A DNA stretch of 64,000 nt. It comes from Octopus bimaculoides (taxonomy: Eukaryota). Location: contig NC_068984.1 of assembly GCF_001194135.2 (NCBI RefSeq), positions 38,263,510 to 38,327,509 on the forward strand. The letters run 5' to 3'. The notes under the pieces were generated by a model. That model saw only the letters and a program-made list of their open reading frames with translations. It was not told where the DNA came from and made no database searches. Positions 1-12,482 of this stretch are shown one piece after another. The position numbers and the translations under genes were made by a program. How positions within the stretch are numbered: position 1 is the stretch's first letter; each line of letters begins with the position of its first letter.

Positions 1-487
1 AGAGAGAGAGAGGAAGGGTAGAGAGAGAGAGGAAGGGTAGAGAGAGAGAGAGAGGAAGGGTAGAGAAAGATTGGTAGGTAAATAAATATAGATAGGTATA
101 GATAGATAGATAGACACAAAATAAACATAGGAGTGGAGGCATAGATTGTTGTTGGCCAGATATATTAGACAGCTTGGATAACATCAAGGGCATGAAAAGG
201 GGAGGCAGGTATGCATGGGTCACTGCTGGTCTTCTATCAACAACCTTGCCCAAACTTGTGCCTCGGAAGGTAACTTTCTAGGTTCAATCCTTTGTGAACG
301 CACATGCATAGCTTAGTGGTTAAGCTTTTGCACTCATGATTGCGAGATGTACAATTAATTATATTCTGGTCTATATTATTATTATTATTATTATTATTAT
401 TGGAATAATTATTAGATTTGTTTTTGTAAAACTTATTCAGCTTAAATTTATTAAAAGTAGAATAACCAACTTCAAAATTATTACCAG

Positions 488-1109
488 NNNNNNNNNNNNN
501 NNNNNNNNNNNNNNNNNNNNNNNNNNNNNNNNNNNNNNNNNNNNNNNNNNNNNNNNNNNNNNNNNNNNNNNNNNNNNNNNNNNNNNNNNNNNNNNNNNNN
601 NNNNNNNNNNNNNNNNNNNNNNNNNNNNNNNNNNNNNNNNNNNNNNNNNNNNNNNNNNNNNNNNNNNNNNNNNNNNNNNNNNNNNNNNNNNNNNNNNNNN
701 NNNNNNNNNNNNNNNNNNNNNNNNNNNNNNNNNNNNNNNNNNNNNNNNNNNNNNNNNNNNNNNNNNNNNNNNNNNNNNNNNNNNNNNNNNNNNNNNNNNN
801 NNNNNNNNNNNNNNNNNNNNNNNNNNNNNNNNNNNNNNNNNNNNNNNNNNNNNNNNNNNNNNNNNNNNNNNNNNNNNNNNNNNNNNNNNNNNNNNNNNNN
901 NNNNNNNNNNNNNNNNNNNNNNNNNNNNNNNNNNNNNNNNNNNNNNNNNNNNNNNNNNNNNNNNNNNNNNNNNNNNNNNNNNNNNNNNNNNNNNNNNNNN
1001 NNNNNNNNNNNNNNNNNNNNNNNNNNNNNNNNNNNNNNNNNNNNNNNNNNNNNNNNNNNNNNNNNNNNNNNNNNNNNNNNNNNNNNNNNNNNNNNNNNNN
1101 NNNNNNNNN
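488..1109. other. Assembly gap (others: 3990-4242, 12511-12879, 17832-18332, 29861-30006, 46794-46978, 52559-52568, 60408-60536)
   Basis: Runs of N, mostly bordered by (TA)n microsatellites or young RTE tails. Confidence 1.
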
Positions 1110-1353
1110 CTTGTGCGGGTGGCACATAAAAGACACCATTTCGAGCGTGGCCGTTTTCGTGTGGGTGACACGTAAAAGCACCCACTACACTCTCTGAGTG
1201 GTTGGCGTTAGGAAGGGCATCCAGCTGTAGAAACTCTGCTAAATTAGATTGGAGCCTGGTGTTGCCATCCGGTTTCACCAGTCCTCAGTCAAATCGTCCA
1301 ACCCATGCTAGCATGGAAAGCGGACGTTAAACGATGATGATGATGATGATGAT
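1110..1353 (+). mobile_element. RTE-clade LINE 3' tail (young copy, 5' part in gap)
   Basis: Ends ...gcatggaaagcggacgttaaac(gat)n. Differs at only 3 positions that I counted from the reverse complement of 17607-17831, which adjoins RTE ORF2 sequence across a gap. Confidence 0.75.
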
Positions 1354-2379
1354 TATATTCAGAGACAAGTAATAATGATCAGATGAAGGAAAAATAGAAA
1401 CCACAGTGAAAAAAAACTTTCACAGACTGAAAGAGGTGTTTATGGCTTATAGTAAAATAGGAAGGGTTAAATGAATAGAACAGCTGAATGTGGGTGTGAC
1501 CAGAAAAAGTAGTTAAACTATAGCTGTCAGAGATTTAGTGACCGGTGCTTGGATGTTAATGTAAAACAAAAACATGATGTCTTGCAGAAGTGGCTACAAT
1601 GGGAACGGATATAACAAAACAGAACTTTGAGCCATCACTAACTGAGATGGAATAGGAGACAGATTTTAGCTGTTAGTGGCTATTGTGCTATCAACTGAGT
1701 AGAGGCACAATGAAAGTCTAGGTTGGGTAAGGGGAAGCATTGTACAACCTCTTTAGTGACTCCAAATCTGGTCAATAGCTGTAATGGGAGGAGTAGCAAA
1801 AAGGCTGAGAGAGAGAGAGTAGAGCTACCAGCACTGTTGAGTTGATTGGTGTGTGGAACAGGAATGAAAGCTCATGTAATAGTGATTCACTATATTGCTG
1901 ATGTCTAGATATAGGGAGGTGTTATAGTCAAAGAGAACAGTGTAAAGTTTAGGAGGAGCCCAATGTGCAACCAAGGATCATATATTTGGAACTGTGGATC
2001 CGTGGAATGCATAAAGTCATTTAACCAACTACCTACATGCTACAGATCTGCTTGCCGAGCTGGAACTATATAACAACAACTATCTCCCTCCTATTTCTTT
2101 TGCTCTCCTCCTGTTTCACTACCTTTTCTCTGGGTCATGCATTTTCCTCCTCACAATTGCATTCCAATGCTATTCTCTTTCCCACAACTATTGACTTTTA
2201 ATATTCAAACTGAAAAACTAACTTTATAAACCTTTTCTAATTGTCTTTACACATCTTCCTAATTAATTTAAGAAGACTTTGGAGGGTTTGTGTATTACTT
2301 TTTTTACTTTGATTAGGAAAATTCTATCTAAGAAATAACAAGCAAATGATGTTATTTGTTACATTTTGCAGGAAGATCA

Positions 2380-3143
2380 CAAATTTCAAGTGAGATTGGA
2401 ACACGGATTAAGAGACGCAACTAAACACATTAAGCTCTACCGTTTCTTCTGATGTAGCTGCTTACCTTGCTTTGCGAAAGTGAATAGCAAAACCTCATGA
2501 TCACTGATGTGAATGTTATAGTTCTATTTTAGTGACAGAGAAAGCTCTGCGTGAACAGGTGAAGAGAATCGACATATACACTCAAATTTAATTGTTCTCA
2601 TGAAACTGTTAATAAGCATCGTCTCTACAATTCCGTTATTTTGTTGCGTTGTAACTGCATTCCATCTGATCACCTTATTCTAATTACCCGGTTTCGTGCA
2701 ACCGGAAGATGAGGTCACGTGTAATGTTTTCGTGGTTAAATCACTCGTCCGCTGGCACAGGTGCTTTCAGATGGCTGCTGCATATGGCTAGTCATTTCTC
2801 ATGCATTGACTGAAATATATCACTCGTCACTTGGCTTGCGGCCCACTGAATATTGCTACTGTTTGTAAGATAGATTATAATTGGTTATCTTCAATGATAA
2901 TTGTTCGCTAAAAACTGTCGGGAGGGAGATATTGTTGTTTAAAAAAACAACAAAAATTGCTCTATTTACTGTTTATTATTTTAAGATCTTTCGCATAACA
3001 ACCAGTTGCCTTCGTGATAAATCATCTGATGCTTTCCTTTCTTCTCTCCCTCCCGCTTTCAGTCATTTCTCTTCAGTTGGATTAATTCTGTCGTTTGGTG
3101 AACGTAACACTTGGCATTTTCGACTTGTCAATTGGATCTTAAC
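2380..3143 (+). promoter_or_regulatory. Putative promoter/5' UTR region of the amphiphysin gene
   Basis: Repeat-free, CpG-retaining sequence just upstream of the ATG. Contains an ETS-like CCGGAAG (2702-2708) and an E-box GTCACGTG (2714-2721). TSS not determinable from sequence. Confidence 0.5.
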
Positions 3144-3224
3144 ATGGCAGAGTCTCATCACTCCAAGGGTGGAGCTGGGATTCTAGCTAAAGCCCAGAAA
3201 AGGCTGGTCAGAACAAAAGCAAAG
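3144..3224 (+). CDS. Amph: Amphiphysin/BIN1-like N-BAR protein, coding exon 1 (27 codons, N-terminal amphipathic helix region)
   Basis: ATG in good context (aacATGG). Translates MAESHHSKGGAGILAKAQKRLVRTKAK, resembling the recalled human BIN1 N-terminus [28 protein letters not shown]. Ends at a canonical phase-0 donor AAG|gtaagt and joins exon 2 in frame. Confidence 0.9.
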
Positions 3225-6129
3225 GTAAGTTGTTTTAATTCAAAATATATTTTGTATTTATTCGGATTCAATAATCACGAAGCCACGTGTAAAAAAAAAA
3301 ATGTTTTATGTTATTATCCCCCTCTCTCAGATACACACAAACACATTCGTGAGCTTGTCAGTTTATTGTTGCTCGTTTTTATTTCTTTTACTTTTACTAC
3401 AAAAGACAGCAGGGAATCACCGACGTGTCTTTTCCTTCCTTTTTGGCAACACTTTATATGACGTGTTAAGTGGGCAAACACTAAGGAGAGGATTTCTTTT
3501 CAGCAAGTGGTTGAGAAACTTTTAAATGTTTATCTTCACCGAAGTGAATTGAATAAAATACTGTTGAAATATATAGTCTCCACAAACCTGTAGTTTTATT
3601 AACTTCTACATGTTTAGAATGAAACAAAAGTTTGAAATGTCGACGACAAATAGTATATATTTTCTATAGAGCGCAGTATATCAGTCTAAAAGAAGTCACC
3701 CTTTTATTTAATTATATATGATTCAAAATAATTTTAATTTTTCTAGTTTTATTAAATTATAATTGTTGTGCATCGAAAACTATACTACTACTGTACAAAA
3801 TATGAAATCTTGATAAATAACTTTAATGATTATCGAAAGAAAAATGAGGGGCTATATGAATTGCTACTGAAACAAACATTGAAAGAAATTATGCATTTGA
3901 AACTATAAACAATGGGTAATCTATAAATTATTATTATTATTTGTTTTTACTGAAATTTTAACTTCTATTTTGAAATGTATAATATACATNNNNNNNNNNN
4001 NNNNNNNNNNNNNNNNNNNNNNNNNNNNNNNNNNNNNNNNNNNNNNNNNNNNNNNNNNNNNNNNNNNNNNNNNNNNNNNNNNNNNNNNNNNNNNNNNNNN
4101 NNNNNNNNNNNNNNNNNNNNNNNNNNNNNNNNNNNNNNNNNNNNNNNNNNNNNNNNNNNNNNNNNNNNNNNNNNNNNNNNNNNNNNNNNNNNNNNNNNNN
4201 NNNNNNNNNNNNNNNNNNNNNNNNNNNNNNNNNNNNNNNNNNATATATAATGCAACGTGAAGTTAAGAAAATAATTTTTTATTATATCGACATGACAAGA
4301 CGCTTTAAATTCATTAAACTGTAAAGGAAGAAATTTTATGACGTTCATGCCTTTCCCAAGGGCATTTACAGCGTATATAAAACAGTTTCAGTAACAACAA
4401 TTTTAATAATGATAATAAATTATTGTTATTATTATTATTATTTCTTCCTTTACCGCCAGAAAGCAGCAAACGTACATAATGAGTTTTATATTTTCGGGTG
4501 GAATTTATGTTGTTTCAAGCTAAAGTTTAAACTCATATAAGATATGTAATGATTGATTCAGTTATAATTCTAGTGTGTCAAATCTCGGGTGTCTTCACGA
4601 AGCTCGATGTTAAAAAAAAAATCTTTGATGATTAATTTTATAATAATTTCTTCCTCTGCGTACACAGATCATCGATCTGTGTCACCACCCAGCCTCATCA
4701 TGAGTAAGACAACTATTGATCCCTAATAATCCAATGTCGCTAACGACGCAAATAAATAAGGGATAATTCATATAATCGTCTTTATTAGTATTACACAATT
4801 AGTTCTTTTTCTAAATTATATCTTGTTTTTGTTTTCATTGTTTATACATCGACAATCAATATATGGTATAAGTGGGTTTATGCGTTGTATTTGTGTGTGT
4901 GTACACACATGCACACACACAAATGCAGTAGTAGATGGGAAAAGGAAAGAAGATAGCAGTCAACACATTTAGACGAAGTTCTATTTAATAACAGGTTGAC
5001 TCAGCTCCATACTGCTTAAAGTTTCGTAGGCGCAGATATGCGCGCCTACTTCCTCAGATGTACAGTTAGTGTGTGTGTATATCGATCTGTCTATTTATAC
5101 ACACACTCACACATATTTACATATCTTTATTGCGTATATAAATTTGTATACAAGCACACACACACATGCTTACATTTTATCCCTACCTTTCTCATGCACA
5201 CTCATGAATAAACATGAACTTTCACAGACGCTACATTGTTGTCTGTGCGTTGACTGAGATGTCAAGTTTTTCCAACCTTTTTAACAAAACTCTTACATTT
5301 ACTACTACTTTGACAAACATATTTTCACAACCTCAAAATGTCATCCGAAATAGTTTTCTAGGGTGTGGTGTTCATACAGTAGTCAGTAGCAGATATTGTA
5401 AAAATGTCTCCGAAACATGTTACCCGGGTAGGGATGAAAAGTTCCCGCACGATGTAGATTTTATTCTGGTCGATTGTGTCATCAAAAACGAAATTCGGAA
5501 CAACAGGAAAAGAAAAGGATTAAAAGCGAGTTTATTTCAATGCTGGAGGCGCTCACTATGTGTTAGTGTGTGTAGGTGGTTGCTTTAGGAATGTTTGTGG
5601 TTTTTCATCTGTCAATTTGTAATTGCTATCTCGCTAAACTTACCTCTCGCAAAAGGAAAGAAGATGGTGTGATTGTGTACGAAAGAAACGTGAATATTCA
5701 ACTCGAAAGAAAAATAAATGAATTCCCTTCTTTTGTTCCATCAGTTGACAACCCTCTCAAATTTTACGCCGAATTTTATAATTGTATATATTTTTTAGTC
5801 AGGCGAGAAGGCAGTGTCGTTGACTTGTTCAAAGGACCTCCAAGAGCCAGGTGGTGGTATTAGCTGAGTAAATCTATACTCTGTGTTGATATCTGAACTC
5901 ACACACCCCGTTGAAACTTGAGTGTCCGCCTGACACCTTTTTCACCCTTTTTCTTCTTCTCGCGCTCTCTCTCTTCTCCCCTCTCTCTTTCTAACTGGAG
6001 TAGCCGTGTATCTCCTCTACTGCAAGACATGTTTCTATCTCTCTATCATACTCTAGCCTCTCATCACCTGGCACAAAGACACCTCCTTCAAATCTACTCC
6101 CGTCTCAGTTAAGGGGTTTCGTCTTGCAA

Positions 6130-6335
6130 GTTACTTGGCAACCTCACTGATGCTGGTGCCACATGACAAGCACCCAGTACACTGTAAAATGGTTGGTGTG
6201 AGGAAAAGCATTCAGCTGTTGAAGCCTTGTCAAAGCAGACAGTAGTAGAGCTTAGCACAGTCTTCTGGTTTGCCAGCTCCTGTGTAACCATCCAACCCAT
6301 GCCAGCATGAAAAACAAATGTTAAATGATGATGAT
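6130..6335 (+). mobile_element. Diverged RTE-type 3' tail fragment
   Basis: ggaaaagcattcagctgttgaa...ccaacccatgccagcatg...gttaaatgatgatgat matches the tail family. Confidence 0.6.
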
Positions 6336-8910
6336 GGATGCCAAGAACCAGAACAGATACTGCAAGGTATCTCTGATTTGATGTCCTTTTAGTTCTGCTG
6401 ATTTACTGCTTTGGGTTGGTACTTTTCTTTATTGACCCCAAAATCATAAACGTTGAAGTTGGCTGGATTTGAACTAAGAATGCATAGAATCAGAACAAAT
6501 TCCACAAAACATTTTGTCCAATGCTCTAATGACTTTGCCAATTCACTGCCGAAACTAACAATATATTTTTTGATTGTGAGGAAGATTTTTCAGTTTAAGA
6601 CAAAATAAATGATGTTATTTATTGCGAGTTATGTAACAAAAAGCAGCTATCTCATTAAGCTTACAGTTAATTTAATACTATTATTACTTTTAATAATGCA
6701 TCTAAATTTTTAACTTAGATACAAAGTTATGCTGTTGTGGGTAATGTATAGCTGATTAGATTAACACTACTACTTGACCAATACTTATTTTATCAACCCT
6801 TGAATGATGAAGCACTGTGACATTGGTACAATGGTGAACATTTGATGGGAAAGACACAGGCTTGACAATGTGCTTGCAAAGTTGACTTTTCAACCAAGTA
6901 GTTTAATGTTCCATCCCATTGCATGCCACATTAGATAAAAATGTCTTCTTTGTAGCCTTGGGATGACCAATGCCTTGCAAGTAAAATTTGTTAGATAGAA
7001 ACTGCACACACACCCACACACTGTATATTTGTGTATGTGACTGTTGTTCTTACATGTCTTCCCATCGACACTGTACAACATTGTAATTGTTTATAGTTCC
7101 TATTAACAATGTGTCCCATGTCTCATCAGTTCAGTGGTTCTGATGTGAGATGGTTGGCAGAATAAAATATACCTTAGTTGAAAAAATCAAGTAATGGTAG
7201 GCAATGGGAACAATATCTGGCCTTAGAATACTATGTCAATAAGTCTTGTAAACTTTTACTAGTATGAAAAATGAAGCTATAAAACCAATGATGAAGGGTG
7301 CAGTTGATTAAATCAACTTCAGCATATGTCTTGATTATTTTATCAATCCTAGGAGTAAGGGTGCAGCATGTACTGTGATGGGATTTGAACTCGAAACCGT
7401 GGAAGCTGAAATTAAATATTGTAAAGCATTTGTACTTAGTATCATTATCATCATCTTTTAATGTCTGTGTGTGTGTTCTGTACTAGCATGTGTGGGGCTG
7501 TACCATAAGAGCTAGCCAGGCCAGCACCAATAATGATAAAGGAAAAGTATTCAAGGAGGATCAGGATACATAGAAACCTTGAATCAAATCCTCTCCTTGA
7601 GGACATACCATAAAATTCACCAGTAAGGATTTTCTTTACATAATTTTGTTGTGGTGATACAGTTGGTTCAGTCAACTCCTTTGTCTTCTGATACTATAAA
7701 TTTCCGGTCGAATGAAATGTCAAATTAACTTTAATAACAATGAGACAGTTAAGTAGCTACTTAAGAACATTTACCAAGATGTTATTTATTTATTTTTTTT
7801 TGGTATGAGGGCTTGATCCTTGAGTGTCAGTTGGAAATTGGACAAATCGAGGGAGTTGTCATGTATCCTGAGTGCCTTTCCTCCATACCTTATTTGTTGC
7901 TCTTGGTCAAGCAATGACCAAGATTTTGTGCCTGGCACCTGGAATGTTTCACACACTCACAATTCTCTATTGCTTTGCCAGTGTGGTTGGTATTATTTCA
8001 ACTGTGTATTCTGTACACAATTAGTGGCAGGCAAGAGCATCAATGGTTTTATAGAGTTTGGACATCAACAAAAATTAACTAAATAGCTGATACTAGAAGC
8101 TGTTCATAGCCAAGGGGCTATGGACAGCTTCCAGAAATCCAAGGGAGCATTGCCAGTTGGGATAAACTTTACAGGTAATGTATAATTAGCTGGGTCTGAG
8201 ATGGAGATAAGGTGATAAAACCATTCTGAATGCATTTGTGCATTGCTAACATAGGGAGTTATTTTGAATAGATAGTCTTGCATTTAGAATCAAAGCAGCT
8301 TTCAGCTAAGTCCATCCAGAGGACTGCTTGCTGTCTTCTTTTGGCTAAGAAGGAAGGTTATTTTCTTTTGCTTTGTGGTCACAAGAAAAGACACTATTGT
8401 GGATAGAACTGAGAGGACTAAAGACAGGCACTTTAGATAACCTTTTCAAATTACACTTAGAGAGAAAAGTGAGGATTCAAGCTAGGTGCTGCCTTCCATG
8501 AATTTCCTGAAATGTGGATGAGAATGGCAGGAATAGCTCAGGTGAAGAGGTCAGTACAACTGGAAAAGGCCACTTTCCTTTGGTAGTCAGAGTAACCTTG
8601 TATTTGTGAGGTTCTTCAATTGGCCTTAGGTAGCTGTCACCCCACTGAAATGACTCAGTTAATTTTGTACACCATTTTCCATGCTTGGTTATTTTTTACT
8701 TAATTCTTTGTAAACCTTTATTTTTGTAATCTACTTTTATAATGTTGCCCCTGTGGCAAGTAAATGAAATCATTAGGGTTGTTGTTTAGCTGTGCCTGTT
8801 TTCTCTAATAATCCATTGGATTGACATGGTTCTGTACAATGTAAGAAATCAATATTTATAGTGAACATACCATTGACATTTTTATTATCATTATTATTAT
8901 TATTAAATAA

Positions 8911-9570
8911 GGTGGCGAGTTGGCAGAATCATTAGCATGCTGGGCGAAATGCTTAGTGGTATTTTGCCTGCTGCTACGTTCTGAGTTCAAATTCCGCCGA
9001 GGTCAACTTTGCCTTTCATCCTTTTAGGGTTGATAAATTAAGTACCAGTGAAGCACTGGGGTCAATGTAATCAACTAGTCCCTTCCCCCCAAATTTCAGG
9101 CCTTGTACTTAAAGTAGAAAGGATTATTATTAAGGTGGCAAGCTGGTAGAATTGTTAGCACATTGGACAAATTGTTTAACTGCATTTTTCTGGCTCTTTG
9201 CATTCTAAGTTCAAATTCTGCCAAGGTCAACTTTGCCTTTCATTCTTTCAGGGTCAATAGAATAAGTACCAGTTGAGCATTGAGGTTGATGCAATTGACT
9301 TAGTCTCTCCCCTGAAATTGCTGGCCTTGTGCCAAAATTTGAAACCAATATTAGGTTAGCCAACTGGCTGAATCATTAATGTGTTAAAAAGAAAATGCCT
9401 TGTATTTGTTCTGACTCTTTGCATTCTGAATTCTAATCCTGCTGAAGTCAACTTTGCTTTTCATTCCTCTGGGGTCAATAAAATCAAGTACCAGTATAGT
9501 ACTGAAGTTTATCTAATCAACAACCTCAAAATTATTTGTCTCATTCCTAAAGTTGAGACAATTATTATAA
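8911..9570 (+). mobile_element. Three head-to-tail copies of a tRNA-derived SINE (~8911-9131, 9134-9351, 9354-9570)
   Basis: Each has an A-box-like TGGCAGAATC, a B-box-like (GAGTTC/AAGTTC/GAATTC)AAAT, the shared core tcaactttgc(c/t)tttcat(c/t)ct...aagtaccagt and an (att)n tail. Confidence 0.8.
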
Positions 9571-9980
9571 TGGCTGATGCCAAAATAGTATGCTGTATAT
9601 TCTAGTGTGGCTTTTAACATCTCATACTGCATTGACCTTCTCAGTCGAAATATATAATAAAAATATAAGGTCGTCAATATTGTATCCTCTTACTAAACTG
9701 GTCCAGACTCTTTGGCAGAGATCATTATTGTAGCAGAGAGAGGGAGTGGAGTGTTTAAAATTGTTGTATAGAACATGAAATGACTTAGAGATATTCATTG
9801 TTCCTACTATGTTTTGAGTTCAAGTTTTGGGGCCAACTCTTATCTTTTCTCCCTTTGCAGCATCAATGTGATATAAGTACCAGTGAATTCAGTTGACTGT
9901 ATCACCTCCTTATATATTTATAGCCTTGTACCAAAGAAATCTATAACATTCCTGCAGATATGTGTGTGTGGATGTGTGTA

Positions 9981-11090
9981 ATCATCATTATTGTTTAACA
10001 TCCATGTTCCATACTGGCATGAGCTGGATGACTCGACAGGATCTGATAGGTTTGAGGACTGCATTGTGCTCCAGTATCTGCTTTGGCATGGTTTCTACAG
10101 CTGGATGCTCTTTCTGATGCCAACATCTTTACAGTGTGTACAGAGTAGTTGGAGTAGAACTAGAAAGAGATAAAAATATTGGTAATGAGGTGTCAGATGG
10201 ACCCTCAGGATACAAGGTGAGAAGTGGGTGAGGTACTAAGAGGAGTGGGGATTGAGGAAATGCTGAAGGTTGCGGTTCTAGTCATTTAATTGCAGCAGCT
10301 GAATAGTACCATTAGAGAGATGATGAGTGGTGGGAATGTCTTGAGGAAGTTGGGCAGGATTGGTAGTTGTGTATATACATAGGCATTATGCATTGAGACT
10401 CTGTTTCTCTGAAGTGGGTTGATCTTCCCAAGAACTGCATGTCACCGTAATCCTGGTCCTTTGTCATCTCTGTGAGGTTCAAAGTCTTGAAACCAGCCTC
10501 CATCACTTCACCCCATGTCTTCCTAGGTCTTCCACTTCCACAAGCTCCATCCACATTGAGCAACACTTCTTTAAATAGTTGTTCTTGTCCATATGCATCG
10601 CTTGTTCATGCCAGTGCAGTCTTTTTTCCTTGCACACTATATCTGATTCCTCGTATCTATTTTGTCTCTCAACACATTTGTACTTTGTCATTCATGTACA
10701 TATTGCAGATCCAGCAGAGCATACTTCATTTCTTTCTACTCTTCTCAAATTCTCAGCATTCAGAGTCCATGTCTTACTTTCATGCAGTAGTTCTAACACA
10801 CGTGTTACCATCCGCCTTTCACTATGAAGTAAAAGAGCTTTGTTACTAGCTGTGGTAGAATTTCCATGAACTTTTTCCAGCTTGTTCTTACCCTGCCTAC
10901 TATAGTTTCAGAGCAACTACTTCCCCTGCTAATTACATTTCATAAGGAAAAAGAAAGACAAAAAAAAGCTATCAATTACTTCCAAGTGGGCCATCCGGAC
11001 ATTTAAGAGGATCTATTTCTAGTGTGTTCATAGTACATACTGCTCCAGTGCATCTGTCACATATGAAGCCTGCTTTGTGTTTGTCTGTTT
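9981..11090 (-). mobile_element. Degenerate RTE-clade LINE: ORF2 C-terminus plus 3' tail
   Basis: Minus-strand frames give FICDRCTGA, SCSETIVGRVRTSWKKF, KRLHWHEQAMHMD and GACGSGRPRKTWGEVM, then a 3' UTR ending in a (gat)n-like tail at 9981. Many stops and frameshifts. Confidence 0.8.
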
Positions 11091-11672
11091 TGGATTCCAC
11101 TATACCTCTTCCATGTTCACACACACACATACAAGATTTGCAAGAAGCTAGTCCTGAATGGACAAAAAGTAACTAGTCTCATTGTTACAGGCATGAACTA
11201 CTTGGCCTGGTGGCTATCTGGTGAAAGAGGCAGTTTTTAACAATCTCTCCAGCCCTACCAATGTCTACTGAATGCTCAAACCAGTAACTATTCAGCTATT
11301 TGCTAATTACATACCTACTTACCTTTTCTTTTTATATTTTTTTTCAGATTTTAGTGTGTGTTTTACAGTAATGTTTGGAATGTTTCTTTTTCTCTCTTCC
11401 CTTCCCTCTTTTCCTTGACTCCATTGCTTAGTTTACTGGAAATGATAGTATATTCAATATAAATTGAATTCTTTTCTAACGACTCAGGTCTCATAATGCC
11501 TTAGTGATTGTGAGGCATGAATCCAGAGAAAAGAATTCATTTAAGTGTACTATGTACTCTATTACCTGTATTGAGTACTTTGAGTACACATATTTGTTGA
11601 TTAAAAAGTGACATTTGAATATATTATGTTTTAATGTGATATGTTTTTTTAATATTCATATTGTTCTTTCAG

Positions 11673-11728
<56 letters not shown>

Positions 11729-12110
11729 GAAATTAAAAATGTGTTATAAGTATTATAGGATAAAATCCTATATAAACCCAACTAACAGTTAAAAAATGGA
11801 GAAGAGATTTTTAAAACTTTTAATCCATATGATCATTTCAAATGATAATACTAACATGTAAGAAAACATGGAAAAAACTAAATTATTTATAATAATAATA
11901 AAATTAATTTAATTAGGTATTACCATTCTCTTCAGTGGAAAAAATTAGTAAAACATCAAAAAAGGTATTAACAAAAGGATATTACAATAAGACTACAGAG
12001 AGCTTGTGTCGGATAAAGTTGATTGGATATTCATAACAAAAATGTGAAATAGGAAAGAAGAGATATAGAAACATGTTAATGTAGTGTTGAGTCTGTCTGT
12101 GTATATATAT

Positions 12111-12482
12111 CTTCTTTTTTCGTATTTGTTTCAGTCATTTGACTGTGGCCACATTTAGTTGAACAAATCGACCCCAGAACTTATTCTTTGTAAGCCTAGT
12201 ACTTATTATGTTGGTCTCTTTTGCCGGACCGCTAAGTTACGGGGACGTAAACACACCAACATTGGCTGTCAAGCAATAGTGGGGGGAACAAACGCAGACA
12301 CACACACACATATATACGATGGGCTTCTTTCACTTTCCATCTACCAAATCCACTCACAAGGCTTTGGTTGGCCTGAAACTACAGTAGAAAACACTTGTCC
12401 AAGGTGCTATGCAGTGGGACTGAACCTGGAACCATGTGGTTGGTAAGCAAGCTACTTACCACACAGCCACTCCTGTGCCTAT
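12111..12482 (-). mobile_element. tRNA-derived CORE-like SINE, type A
   Basis: Reverse complement begins taggcacaggagtggctgtgtggtaag (A-box-like) ...ggttcagtccc (B-box-like) ...accttggacaagtgt (MIR/CORE-like motif), then a microsatellite and a body ending cagtcaaatgactgaaac. Confidence 0.8.

Noticed and set aside
237-1278. Long ORFs containing X runs (also near 3965-4348, 12395-12978, 17674-18410, 29635-30193, 46756-47087, 60325-60738)
   Set aside because: They stay open only because N gaps contain no stop codons; the real residues come from repeat tails or microsatellites.
3111-3461. 116-aa ORF as a complete gene
   Set aside because: Only 3144-3224 has amphiphysin similarity; the frame runs through a consensus donor into intron.
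5026-5049. Hairpin gtaggcgc-agatatgc-gcgcctac
   Set aside because: Only 8 bp; not distinguishable from chance.
8911-9000. tRNA genes at SINE heads
   Set aside because: A- and B-box-like motifs are present, but no cloverleaf, and each continues into a repeated SINE body.
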